A stretch of DNA of 64,000 nucleotides, from the IMG/VR virus record IMGVR_UViG_3300033121_001571; one strand, given 5' to 3'. The DNA comes from a virus. Its lineage: Duplodnaviria; Caudoviricetes. The translations under genes and the position numbers were made by a program. The notes under the pieces are model-generated. The model had not been told where the DNA came from. It did not search any database and saw only the letters and a list, made by a program, of their open reading frames with translations. Position 1 is the stretch's first letter; each line of letters starts with the position of its first letter. This document shows positions 7,350 to 16,744 of the stretch, one piece after another.

Positions 7350-8015
7350 TCAGCCGTTCGCCGCGGAATCGAGCTCCTCGTCGCTCTCCTCGACCTCCGC
7401 GTCCTCGAAGTCGAGCTCCTCGGCGTCGGCCTCGACCACGTCCTTGGAGGGATCGAAGAGCTCGACGTCGCTCTTGAAGAGGTAGACCTGGCGACCGATG
7501 GGCTGGCCCGTCGCGCCGTCGACGATGTCGACGTAGCACCGGATCCGGTTGACCGCGGTCACGACCGCGCGGTGGCCGATGTAGCGAGGATCCGCGCTCG
7601 AGCGGATCTTCACCTGCTGACCCGGAGCGAGCTCGATGTCCTTCGAAGCCACCGTCGCCGAGAGGCGCAGGGAGTGACCCAGGTGAGCGCTGAAGATCTC
7701 GAGCTCGGCGGGGGTGTACTTGGCCTTGATGTCCTTGAGGACCTCGGCCAGCGGCGCGGAGAGAGGCAGGAGGTTCGCGGCCGCCTTGGTGACCTTGGCG
7801 AGGTGCGGCACCTTCGCGCCGGGAGCACCGGACTGCTTCGCGGCCTTCTTCGCCTCGCGAGCAGCCTTCCGCTCGGCGCGCTCTCGCTCGAGCTGCTTCT
7901 TCTTCGCCTCGCGCTCCTCCGGCGTGAGCTTCACGCGGGGAGCGACGGGAGCGAGCTTGGTGATCTGGACCTGGGCGAGGGCGTTGTTGAGGATCTCGGT
8001 CGTGGGATTGCTCAT
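7350..8015 (-). CDS. hypothetical protein, paralog of 920-1549 (KOW/SH3-like domain, acidic tail)
   Basis: HLAKVTKAAANLLPLS; LAPGQQVKI..YIGHRAVV..IRCYV; strong GC3 bias; promoter 8135-8107. Confidence 0.8.
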   Translation of the reverse strand: MSNPTTEILNNALAQVQITKLAPVAPRVKLTPEEREAKKKQLERERAERKAAREAKKAAKQSGAPGAKVPHLAKVTKAAANLLPLSAPLAEVLKDIKAKYTPAELEIFSAHLGHSLRLSATVASKDIELAPGQQVKIRSSADPRYIGHRAVVTAVNRIRCYVDIVDGATGQPIGRQVYLFKSDVELFDPSKDVVEADAEELDFEDAEVEESDEELDSAANG

Positions 8016-8137
8016 GGAAAACCTTCTTTCTGATTTTGGTGTGAAACTTGTGACTTGCAGCTGGCTGCTTTCCGCAACATTGCATCAGCAGCATCAACCT
8101 GAACCAGTTGTACCCTTTTTGGGTGAGTGTTGCACCC

Positions 8138-8566
8138 TCAATTGAGGTGCCGAAAGTCGGAGGACGCCGCGGCGCTGATGGGCAGAGTGATAGTGTCACT
8201 CGAGGGCACCAGCTGGGGAACCGCAGGGTCAGACACGGTCAGCTTGACCGTGATCTTATCACGAGCGATCTCGGTGACCTCGGCCTGGCCATTGCCGATA
8301 CCAAACGTGACGCGCTCACCCACGCGCAGGCGGCGCGTAGAAGAAAGTACACTCTCGTGCACGTCGACCGCGCTAGAGAAGATGTGAAACGTACCCCCGG
8401 CGATCGCCGAGGTGATGATCTCGTCGAGACCAGCGCGGAGAGCAGCGTGGTACTTGTTACGCATCGCTTCCGTGTATGCGGTAGACCCGCTGTGCATCTC
8501 GTCTGCGGTTTTGCACAGCGAGTTGTAGTGGAAATTGAGCAGAGCGATGAAATGAATGCCGTTCAT
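8138..8566 (-). CDS. hypothetical protein with C-terminal SH3-like segment (LRVGERVTF)
   Basis: Leaderless promoter 8601-8573. Confidence 0.7.
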   Translation of the reverse strand: MNGIHFIALLNFHYNSLCKTADEMHSGSTAYTEAMRNKYHAALRAGLDEIITSAIAGGTFHIFSSAVDVHESVLSSTRRLRVGERVTFGIGNGQAEVTEIARDKITVKLTVSDPAVPQLVPSSDTITLPISAAASSDFRHLN

Positions 8567-8935
8567 GTCTCCACTCTAACACTCAAAGGTGCAGAGTTCA
8601 CTGAGTCAAAACAGCAAGAATATTCGCAGTTGAATTTTGAGTGCAAAGTGTAAAGTACACGCGCAGAAGGTACAATGTGACATGCATAGCAAGACTGAAT
8701 TCATGGCAAAACACAATACAATCTTCCAGAGAACTCTGACCGGTTCTTCGAAAAGAACGGAGAAAACGACCAGATCTACATGACTCTTTCAGGCAAGTTT
8801 TCAAACACTTACAAAGACATCACGCCAGAACTTATCGCTTGGCTCAAACTCACAGCTAAGTTGTTCACTTGAAAGCTAAGTGAACAGCTCTGCGAAACAT
8901 AGTAAACTATTCTCTCTACCCACAGGAGACCAAAC

Positions 8936-9703
8936 ATGAGAGAGATGAGACTGGACACTCAAATCGCTGGGATCACCAGTGAGACAAAGCTCTCAGATCT
9001 GAGTGTTCCCAGCGAAATGCGAAAGCGCGTGAAGACAGGAATCGACTGGTGGGACACAGCACTCGGAGGTGGCGGTCACGTGCCCTCTACAGTGTGTATC
9101 CTCACTGGAACGCCAGGCTCTGGAAAGAGCACGTTGCAACGGCAGCTCGCATCCAGTTTGATTGGTCAGGGACACATTGTTCTCTATAACACTGGCGAAG
9201 AGAATCTCTATCAAGTCAAGATGGCAACGGAGCGGCTCGGCATTGCTGAAGACTTCTACGTGGGCCAGCACATCTTTGTCGATAATCTTCTCGCTCACGC
9301 AGAGAAACTTCGTTCTGCGAATACAGGAAAACGAATGTTTCTGTTTCAAGATTCACTGCAGACTTTGAATGACGGGTACTATAAAGACGGAGGAACGACG
9401 GGAAATACTCCCGTTCGGTGCATCGAGAAGGTGATCGATTGGTGCAAGAGCACCTATTCGATCGGAATCGTGATCAATCAGGTCACGAAGTCTGGAGAGT
9501 TTGCTGGAAAGCAAACAATCATTCACGCTGTCGATGCTCGAGTTCACCTGTACATCGACGAAGATCCTCGCTCACCCACGTACGGATCTCGCGTCTTTGA
9601 AGTCCCCAAGAACCGCTGGGGCTGCTCGGGTATCACGACCGTGCTCAACATGAAAGAATCTGGTTTGGACCACCAGTGTTCTTACGTCAAAGGCGCAGTC
9701 TAA
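8936..9703 (+). CDS. radA: RadA/Sms-like ATPase (RecA-fold core only)
   Basis: TGIDWWDTALGGG, Walker A GTPGSGKS, GEE, DSLQT, QVTKSGEFAG, KNRWG; lacks Zn ribbon and Lon-like domain. Confidence 0.85.
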   Translation: MREMRLDTQIAGITSETKLSDLSVPSEMRKRVKTGIDWWDTALGGGGHVPSTVCILTGTPGSGKSTLQRQLASSLIGQGHIVLYNTGEENLYQVKMATERLGIAEDFYVGQHIFVDNLLAHAEKLRSANTGKRMFLFQDSLQTLNDGYYKDGGTTGNTPVRCIEKVIDWCKSTYSIGIVINQVTKSGEFAGKQTIIHAVDARVHLYIDEDPRSPTYGSRVFEVPKNRWGCSGITTVLNMKESGLDHQCSYVKGAV

Positions 9704-9725
9704 CAAGTTCCAACAAAAGAAATTG

Positions 9726-9753
9726 AAAGGGAGTCGAAAGACTCCTTTTTTTT
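9726..9753 (+). terminator. rho-independent terminator
   Basis: AAAGGGAGTC-GAAA-GACTCCTTTTTTTT. Confidence 0.85.
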
Positions 9754-10032
9754 GCTCTCTGCGTCGAGATCTCAAGGCAGATCTGTCCCTGCACGAGTGC
9801 TTTAAAAGAGTGTAGTCAATGTGTTTCGCGCGCGAGCGCGCGAGAGGGCGCAGGGTGTACTGCACTCACGTTGCACAGTATGTACACGGTCACGTTGCTA
9901 TCACTCACCTAGAGTGACTCTACCACGTGGTCATTCAAGGTTCACGGTTTAACAAACACACACTTCAGTGAACGAGAATCGTGTTTCAGCGTTAAGAGTG
10001 CAATACAACTCAAAAAAGAAATCTCAAGCAAC

Positions 10033-10632
10033 GTGATGCGTCTCGCCAACTTAAAAAAAAACTTAAACTCTGTAAACCCTAGGAATTGGTTAAGTTGTGC
10101 TGGCAACTTGTTCAGAATACACAACGCGTCACTTGTGCAGGAACGTTTCACAAATATTCGAGTCGCTTTTGTTACTGCAGATTCAGTCAGAGATCTCGTT
10201 AACAACTGGTGTTATGATTACAGTGAACAAAACAAAGACATCTTCTTTGCAGAGAAGAGTTCTATCTTTGTTAGAAACAACAACTCTTCTAAATTAGAAC
10301 GGTTTCGCAACCACTATAATCAATCAATGACTTTCATATACACGATTAAACCCGTTGCAACTAAAACAAAGTTATTCGAGATATCAACGCCAGTTTCAAA
10401 CAGCAGTTCTTTCACATTTATTGTGCTCAGTTCTGTTATGAAATATGACAACATGAAAAACAAGAACTCTTGCACGTGGAACTCTTTCTCTTCAACGCTC
10501 GAGAGCGTGTGCATATATGTCTTTGAACTTGACGATTATCTCTTGATCAATTCAAAGACCTTTTTCATGTTGTGTTCACTTGCTAAGCACCTCAAAGCTC
10601 CGCGTTTTGAGACGCAGAGCTCAGAAGACTGA
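10033..10632 (+). CDS. hypothetical protein
   Basis: 199-aa ORF; no recognised motif. Confidence 0.55.
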   Translation: MMRLANLKKNLNSVNPRNWLSCAGNLFRIHNASLVQERFTNIRVAFVTADSVRDLVNNWCYDYSEQNKDIFFAEKSSIFVRNNNSSKLERFRNHYNQSMTFIYTIKPVATKTKLFEISTPVSNSSSFTFIVLSSVMKYDNMKNKNSCTWNSFSSTLESVCIYVFELDDYLLINSKTFFMLCSLAKHLKAPRFETQSSED

Positions 10633-10719
10633 AAGTTTTTTACGTGAGCGGGAGCGATCGCTCGAGGCTGGGGTGGCGGAGCTAGTGCAACACTCTTGTA
10701 ACTGTGTTACTGTTATAAA

Positions 10720-11010
10720 ATGTTTGGTTTTCGAACAAACCCTAAAGTGCTCATCGAACAAGTTGCACACAGCATGTACGATGAGTACGACCGTGCAGGT
10801 TTACATAAACGGGCTCTCGTCAAAGTAGACGGAAAGAAAAATCCAGAATCTAAGTTGTATGAGGTGTCTGTTTCTGTAAATGGGAAAAAGATCTGTCAGA
10901 ACTCTGACAGTGACTGGCGTACTGCATACAAGAAACTTCTTCAGACCCTGAAAGATACCAAGGGAGAGTGCAAGGCTCCCACGGATGGAGTAAAAAACGA
11001 TCATGGCTAA
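10720..11010 (+). CDS. hypothetical protein
   Basis: Leaderless promoter 10685-10713. Confidence 0.75.
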   Translation: MFGFRTNPKVLIEQVAHSMYDEYDRAGLHKRALVKVDGKKNPESKLYEVSVSVNGKKICQNSDSDWRTAYKKLLQTLKDTKGECKAPTDGVKNDHG

Positions 11011-12133
11011 AACGCAAATGCACGTTCGAACCGTGCTCTCGGTGGTGCCGCAGCTTCCTGCTGCGATCTCGGTCTTGTTCAGAGGAAATCACGGTATCGG
11101 AAAGAGCCAGGTCGTGGCTCAACTCCGGAACCTGATCAAGGAGAGTGACCCCAATCTTGGGGATTTTCCTCTCATCGACAGGCGTCTCTCTCAGTTGACT
11201 GAGGGTGACATCATCGGTCTTCCTTCGACTGACGGTGAGGTGACTCGATTCAACCCGCCCGACTGGTACAAGCAGGCGTGCAACAAGCCTGCGTGTCTGT
11301 TCCTCGACGAGCTCAACCGTGCAACTCCCGAGGTCATGCAGGCGGCATTTCAGATTGTTCTTGATCGGACCCTGAACGGTCAGAGCCTACACCCGCAGAC
11401 TCGAGTGTTCGCTGCGGTCAACGATTCTGGTGCGTACACCGTCAACGAGATCGACCCCGCTCTGCTGGATCGATTCTGGGTGGTGGATCTGAATCCCGAC
11501 GTGGACGACTGGCTCACTTGGGCTCGGAACGTTGGGATCCATGATCACATCACGGGATTCATCGCAGCGAATCCCAAGTTCTTGGATCCTCACAAGAACG
11601 TTGAGCCGGGTGCTGTGTCTCCGTCCCGTCGCTCGTACGAGCGTCTGGACATGAGCTTGAAATGTGCTGGGATCGAAGAGAAGCCCAATGACGATCGATT
11701 CTACTCGATCGCTGCAGGGTTCCTCGGTGTCGAAGCAGCGCAGGCTTTCTCTGCTCACGCCAAGAACAACGACCTCCGCGTTCTTCCCGAGGAGGTCGTC
11801 AACAGTTACAAGAAGGTGCAGAAGAAGGTGCAGAAGATGTCGATCGAGAGGCAGGTCGACCTCACTGCGAAGCTCTCAGACTACTTCGACGAGAAGCCCG
11901 AGAACCGAAAGTTCAGCGACAAGGTGCTTGGAAATCTCGATCTCTTCATGCAAGACATCACGCCTGAGACTCGCTTGACGTTCTTCACGAATGTCATCCG
12001 AAGCTGCGGCACCGACACCGCCGCGATGGCAGCCTTCAACGCAAAGGTGAACTATCAAGTACTTCAGTTATTCGGTGTGAACGCTGACGGTACTGGCGAA
12101 GTGAAGGTACCTGACTTCCTCGAAAAGAAGTAA
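11003..12133 (+). CDS. MoxR-like AAA+ ATPase
   Basis: GNHGIGKS, FLDELNRA, DPALLDRF, SPSRRSYE. Confidence 0.9.
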   Translation: MAKTQMHVRTVLSVVPQLPAAISVLFRGNHGIGKSQVVAQLRNLIKESDPNLGDFPLIDRRLSQLTEGDIIGLPSTDGEVTRFNPPDWYKQACNKPACLFLDELNRATPEVMQAAFQIVLDRTLNGQSLHPQTRVFAAVNDSGAYTVNEIDPALLDRFWVVDLNPDVDDWLTWARNVGIHDHITGFIAANPKFLDPHKNVEPGAVSPSRRSYERLDMSLKCAGIEEKPNDDRFYSIAAGFLGVEAAQAFSAHAKNNDLRVLPEEVVNSYKKVQKKVQKMSIERQVDLTAKLSDYFDEKPENRKFSDKVLGNLDLFMQDITPETRLTFFTNVIRSCGTDTAAMAAFNAKVNYQVLQLFGVNADGTGEVKVPDFLEKK

Positions 12134-12137
12134 AGGC

Positions 12138-12605
12138 GTGTCAGCACCAAAGCTGATATCTAGCAGCACCATGCAACTAGCAAAACTAGTTGCATGGTGC
12201 TCTTGTCACAGTCTGAATGTTACCATCAGAGAAGGTAATTTTCAGGGCGAAAATATGGCTTTTTTTTGTGACGATTCTATCACTGTCACAAAACAGAAAA
12301 AAGCGCAAGAGACAGTGTGGCTTCTTCTCCACGAGATTGGACACTATCTTGTAACAAAAAAACATCCCAATAGGTACAAAAACGGATATCCTCACAGAGA
12401 AAAACCAAAGAAAAATTTGTTAAAGGCTGTACACTATGTCTCTATTCTTGAAGAAGAGATAGAGGCGTGGAATCTTGGAAGAGAACTGAGCAAAGACTTG
12501 AAATTCAAGTTCTCAGTCTCAGAATTTGAAAAGTACAAAACAAGTATGCTTAAATCTCACATCACGTGGGCGTACCTGAAACTTTCAAAAGATAGTAGTC
12601 TCTAA
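12138..12605 (+). CDS. ImmA/IrrE-like HExxH metallopeptidase
   Basis: LLHEIGH and EEEIEAW third-ligand motif. Confidence 0.7.
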   Translation: MSAPKLISSSTMQLAKLVAWCSCHSLNVTIREGNFQGENMAFFCDDSITVTKQKKAQETVWLLLHEIGHYLVTKKHPNRYKNGYPHREKPKKNLLKAVHYVSILEEEIEAWNLGRELSKDLKFKFSVSEFEKYKTSMLKSHITWAYLKLSKDSSL

Positions 12606-13372
12606 TGAGAAGAAAAAACTTCCTTAAAAGAGGGTTATCAACAGTTCTTCCACACAACTTTTCAGATAGAATACTCAAACAATATCGACAGATACTTAAC
12701 GGCAATGAAGATCTTGCAAAGGCGCTAACGGCTGCTGACAACGCAACGCTACATTCTGTTTCAGGCGTTGTTATCTCTAACGAGAGAGATATAAGAACGG
12801 GAAAGTTACTGCCTTTTAGAGGGACGCGGAAAGAAAAGAGAAAGTTCCGCAAGGTATGGAGAAAGGGTTTCAAGAGTTTTCTAGACGTTGAAACTACGAC
12901 CCTCTACTTCAACGTGATTGATCGATTGAGGTTTTCAAATTCGAAAGCCAATTGTGTAGCGCTCACAAAAAGACACAAAAAGAAGTGTCTAAAACGTTTT
13001 AGCAGACAGGGTCACGCTATCTGGTTGCTTTCTTCTGCTAAGAACAAGGGCTCTTTCACAGACAAACTGCAAAACTATGCTGTTGTTAACAGCAAAAAAC
13101 TCGCTTCAAGACGTGGAAGAACTATGATTGCAAGACTTAAAAATGCAATCAAGATGAAACGTTTTCTCGCGAAGATCGTTGCTCTCAACGAAAATCAGGG
13201 AAGTGCAGTCATCAATATGCTCAAGAGCAAAGAAAGCTGGCTTCAATCAGGATATAGACTCCACAAAGACCTCAAAAGGTCAGATAGTAACCGTAAAGAG
13301 CGCAGTGAACAGTTTAAAAAGATTTTGTCACATAAGCCGTTCAAGCTTCTAGCTAAAGAAACTAAAGATTAA
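12605..13372 (+). CDS. highly basic (Lys/Arg-rich) protein, putative nucleic-acid binder
   Basis: 255-codon ORF coupled by TAATG. Confidence 0.65.
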   Translation: MRRKNFLKRGLSTVLPHNFSDRILKQYRQILNGNEDLAKALTAADNATLHSVSGVVISNERDIRTGKLLPFRGTRKEKRKFRKVWRKGFKSFLDVETTTLYFNVIDRLRFSNSKANCVALTKRHKKKCLKRFSRQGHAIWLLSSAKNKGSFTDKLQNYAVVNSKKLASRRGRTMIARLKNAIKMKRFLAKIVALNENQGSAVINMLKSKESWLQSGYRLHKDLKRSDSNRKERSEQFKKILSHKPFKLLAKETKD

Positions 13373-13376
13373 TTCT

Positions 13377-13505
13377 AGGACTACTCGTAAATAGTCCTTT
13401 GAAGCTAATTAACGTGTGAACAGGGAAGAGCGAGCAACCCCCTAAGTAACTGTCGTCATGTGTCTTCGCACAAGACGCACTACGTTATTCTAGAAATAGA
13501 ATAAC
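13377..13505 (+). ncRNA. candidate structured RNA in 3' region
   Basis: Hairpins AGGACTA/TAGTCCT, GTGTCTT/AAGACGC and GTTATTCTA-GAAA-TAGAATAAC ahead of the terminator. Confidence 0.3.
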
Positions 13506-13518
13506 ATTAAGAAGAGAG

Positions 13519-13552
13519 AAAAAGCTGGAAGAAATTCCAGCTTTTTCTTTTT
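13519..13552 (+). terminator. rho-independent terminator
   Basis: AAAAAGCTGGAA-GAAA-TTCCAGCTTTTTCTTTTT. Confidence 0.85.
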
Positions 13553-13582
13553 CAAGAAAACTTACGTGAGGATCATATCTAC

Positions 13583-13870
13583 TTGGATCATGTGATTTCT
13601 AACAAAGAAATTCCAAAGCGTGGAGACACAATCATTATTTCTTCAAATTGTGTAGAACACTGGTACAGTTATTTTATCTTGACAAAGAACCCAACTATGG
13701 TAACACCAGAACACGAAATAGAACACACGGTACACTTAGTACACGATATTCTCATACCTGTGATTGAGATAAAAGTGTTCAAGACTCGTGTTGACGTAGA
13801 CAGATATTCTGTCAAGATAGGAATGTCTTGTTTACACAAAATCAGTGATAACTTTTGGAGTAATTTTTGA
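13583..13870 (+). CDS. array protein
   Basis: PKRGDTIII; C-term KISDNFW. Confidence 0.7.
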   Translation: MDHVISNKEIPKRGDTIIISSNCVEHWYSYFILTKNPTMVTPEHEIEHTVHLVHDILIPVIEIKVFKTRVDVDRYSVKIGMSCLHKISDNFWSNF

Positions 13871-13906
13871 CGTGTAACGCTCTGTGCGCCGTGGTACAGT
13901 CGTGTC

Positions 13907-14182
13907 ATGGATTTAGCACCTGGCGCTGCGCCTTTGGTTGGTGATATACTGTTGCACTATGGAACAGTAGAAATTCGCGTAGTGACCAAGTCAACTTTTT
14001 TACACATCTCTAGTGAACACTTTGTTTTCAACTTGAAGTGCTTCTCTCTAGACGAAAATAGAGATCACTATCTCAGATTTATTTTCCATCCCGAGTTTAC
14101 CGATCGCCGACCGTCACGCTCAAACGCAATTTGGAGAGTTTATTTTAGTCATGGTGATGCTTTCCCATACAGTAAAACTTAA
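13907..14182 (+). CDS. array protein
   Basis: PLVGDILL; leaderless promoter 13872-13900. Confidence 0.75.
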   Translation: MDLAPGAAPLVGDILLHYGTVEIRVVTKSTFLHISSEHFVFNLKCFSLDENRDHYLRFIFHPEFTDRRPSRSNAIWRVYFSHGDAFPYSKT

Positions 14183-14185
14183 AAC

Positions 14186-14539
14186 ATGAAACAAGTAGAC
14201 ATCGATCTGCTGAAACCCGGGAAGATCATCATTTATTCTAGCGCTTATGAAACATCATGGATGACTGCAATGTACGCTATTGTGGTTGATTGTGTATATG
14301 ATGAATCACTAATATATGACCAATATATCAAGATGAAAAAACTCAAACAAGAACAGTGTATTATTGAGTTCATAGTCATCTGTGCAACTGAACAACGACT
14401 CTCAACAAGAACAATACCCCCTTTTAAACACTTCAAAGTGTCATTCCGTCTGTCTGAATCAGACACCAAAGGCAGGGATATCTTTAAGTTAGACTACACG
14501 AAAATCTCCAGATACATTAACAGAAATCCATTCTTATAA
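14186..14539 (+). CDS. array protein
   Basis: LKPGKIII. Confidence 0.75.
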   Translation: MKQVDIDLLKPGKIIIYSSAYETSWMTAMYAIVVDCVYDESLIYDQYIKMKKLKQEQCIIEFIVICATEQRLSTRTIPPFKHFKVSFRLSESDTKGRDIFKLDYTKISRYINRNPFL

Positions 14540-14763
14540 TGTACAAAATCGTCAAAACTGGAGATCTGTTTAATCCCGATGGTCCTTTAAAGGGATTAGT
14601 GCTAAACATCAAATTTCTCCACGCCCGGTGGGTCCCACGGGGAATTACTGGTCCTAGTTTTTACGATGAAACAGAGTACACGTATGAACTTCTAATCTTT
14701 TGGTTTCACAACAAAACAACGTGCACGTGCAACTATTACTGCAACACACCACTTAAGTGTTAA
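14539..14763 (+). CDS. array protein
   Basis: VKTGDLF. Confidence 0.7.
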   Translation: MYKIVKTGDLFNPDGPLKGLVLNIKFLHARWVPRGITGPSFYDETEYTYELLIFWFHNKTTCTCNYYCNTPLKC

Positions 14764-15050
14764 TCAAAGAGACATCTTTGACAACACAAACAAAACAAGG
14801 GGAATCCAACCTCAAGTTAGGTGAAATTATCTATTTTTTGCGTCACGGAAACGTAAAAGAAATCTTATTTGTTCTGTCGATAAAACAGAACAACAACTTC
14901 AACTTTTTAAAAGTGCACGAAGTGATCTGTTACAACGTTTCTAAAAAGAAACAATGCACTTACAACATCACTATCTACTCAAGTTGGGGAAAACCTTTCT
15001 TCACGCTCACAGAAGGTATCAAATTGTTTGATTCTTCAAGCGTATGGTGA
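14757..15050 (+). CDS. array protein
   Basis: LKLGEIIY. Confidence 0.7.
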   Translation: MLIKETSLTTQTKQGESNLKLGEIIYFLRHGNVKEILFVLSIKQNNNFNFLKVHEVICYNVSKKKQCTYNITIYSSWGKPFFTLTEGIKLFDSSSVW

Positions 15051-15142
15051 GCTGAGAACAAGAACACTGCATGAAGTGAATTCTGCTCTGCAACTTGGTA
15101 AGATAGCCATATTCTGCTACGAGTGTACAGAAAGAGAGTGCC

Positions 15143-15442
15143 GTGAGAACAGATCTGTTGCCCGGTGATCTTATCATGATAGAAGATTCCGTTGGTACTG
15201 GAACGACGCCGGCAATTGTGTTTAGCATCAGTGGTCTATTGAGATCTTATCATGAATTTTCTTGGCCGCGCCTAAGAAACGCGCCTCTACCAAACGTCTA
15301 CAACGTCAAGTGTTTTCACGTACAAAAACAGAAGTATTTTACCTTAGAAGTGTATCCTGACTATCTTCTTTGTGAAGACAGTCCAGGAGAGTTTCGGCTG
15401 CCCGCGAGTGCGATCCACCACAGAGAGGAGCTAGAACAGTGA
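15143..15442 (+). CDS. array protein
   Basis: LLPGDLIM; promoter 15076-15104. Confidence 0.75.
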   Translation: MRTDLLPGDLIMIEDSVGTGTTPAIVFSISGLLRSYHEFSWPRLRNAPLPNVYNVKCFHVQKQKYFTLEVYPDYLLCEDSPGEFRLPASAIHHREELEQ

Positions 15443-15726
15443 AAAACGACAAAAACAAGAACGTTGGTCAAATCATCGTTGCAGAAAATGTCAATTCACT
15501 AGTTCTCAAGATCGGTAAAAAGTACATTCCTTTGTGGGGTCGTTACGATCGCTTCAAGCGAACAACTCTTTCAAGACACACGAGGCCAGTAGTCAAACTT
15601 AAGTTGCTGAACCTAGACGCAAATCCTTCAAAAGAATATGTGATTGAAGCGTACCATGATTTTCAGTTTCTGTGGGAAAAGGGAAAATTAGTTCTGCCAG
15701 ATGAATACATTTACAATATTCCCTGA
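15439..15726 (+). CDS. array protein
   Basis: KNVGQIIV; C-term GKLVLP..YIY like 16412. Confidence 0.7.
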   Translation: MKNDKNKNVGQIIVAENVNSLVLKIGKKYIPLWGRYDRFKRTTLSRHTRPVVKLKLLNLDANPSKEYVIEAYHDFQFLWEKGKLVLPDEYIYNIP

Positions 15727-15740
15727 TCAGAGTTTATGTA

Positions 15741-16091
15741 ATGAATTTCCCTCCCAAAGCACTCGTCCAAGTTGGCGACCTTGCCAAGATAGACTGTTGG
15801 CACCACTACAATTTTCGAACTCACGCAGTTGTTCTTGAGATCTTGTATCGAGGTATCACATACCCACGCGAAATACACGCTTGGAACGTAGTGTCTTGCA
15901 GCGTTGAAGAACGTGACATGTTTGTGATCACAACGCAGCACACTCATTTTCAAAAAGAAATAACTGACAACGTGTGGTTGTTTTCTGACAACAACATGTC
16001 CACGCTGTCGGTCGTTCCGCTGGCACGTTACAAATTTGGTAAAGATCCTTACAGAGACCGAGTGCTACACTACAACGCAGAAATACTCTAA
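15741..16091 (+). CDS. array protein
   Basis: VQVGDLAK. Confidence 0.75.
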   Translation: MNFPPKALVQVGDLAKIDCWHHYNFRTHAVVLEILYRGITYPREIHAWNVVSCSVEERDMFVITTQHTHFQKEITDNVWLFSDNNMSTLSVVPLARYKFGKDPYRDRVLHYNAEIL

Positions 16092-16409
16092 GTGTATAAA
16101 GAAATACTTGATCTTCAATCTGGTGAATTCTTACTGCTCTTTGACAGTTGGAGCAACACGCTCTACTACACACTAGTGATCGATCTAAACGAACCGACTG
16201 AAGATTACTGGGCACAGGTACGGAGATCTAGGCGCACTCGCCCAATTGAGAGACTACCAGAAGACAATGTCATCGTGTTGCGCTTGTACAGTTTTCTCCA
16301 CAAGAGCGTGGGGACAGTGGGCGTATTTGACAATTGCGGAGTGCTATCAGACGGAAAGTTTGCAAGACTGTTTAGCACAGACATCCACTACAACTCATTT
16401 GGAGTGTAA
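16092..16409 (+). CDS. array protein
   Basis: LQSGEFLL; C-term IHYNSF. Confidence 0.7.
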   Translation: MYKEILDLQSGEFLLLFDSWSNTLYYTLVIDLNEPTEDYWAQVRRSRRTRPIERLPEDNVIVLRLYSFLHKSVGTVGVFDNCGVLSDGKFARLFSTDIHYNSFGV

Positions 16410-16411
16410 AG

Positions 16412-16744
16412 ATGCTCGATGTCATTGACAAGAAACTCAACCAAGGAGACATCGTTGGTTTCAAACTGTTTGAATATGTCACTCACAGAGGCATCCCAAA
16501 GCGTGAAGTCTTAAGATCTCTAGTGTTGTACATAGAAGAGTGTCCTGTTGGTCTCAAACTAGTCATTGATGGAGAAGAAGATCAAGTGCGAATCCACCTA
16601 TGCAGTCTAGATCCTAGTCGACGTAAGAAATTCTTCCTTGAAGTCAAAAAAGAATACAAGCTCATTCACAAGAACGGTGAACTAACGCTTCCAAACAAGC
16701 ACATCTACTACAACTCTTTCTTTTCAGACAGACGACGTGAATGA
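16412..16744 (+). CDS. array protein
   Basis: LNQGDIVG; C-term IYYNSF. Confidence 0.75.
   Translation: MLDVIDKKLNQGDIVGFKLFEYVTHRGIPKREVLRSLVLYIEECPVGLKLVIDGEEDQVRIHLCSLDPSRRKKFFLEVKKEYKLIHKNGELTLPNKHIYYNSFFSDRRRE

Noticed and set aside
6428-8653. Long alternative ORFs 6428-6997, 7281-8033, 7297-8199 and 8108-8653
   Set aside because: Shadow frames of the GC-rich minus-strand genes 6479-6946, 7350-8015 and 8138-8566
8682-8872. Gene downstream of promoter 8648-8676
   Set aside because: The ATG frame stops after 33 codons and the more protein-like frame lacks an upstream start; possibly a frameshifted remnant, but not supportable as a CDS
13484-13505. CTAGAAATAG resembling an sgRNA scaffold
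   Set aside because: Only a GAAA-tetraloop hairpin; no other tracrRNA or repeat features
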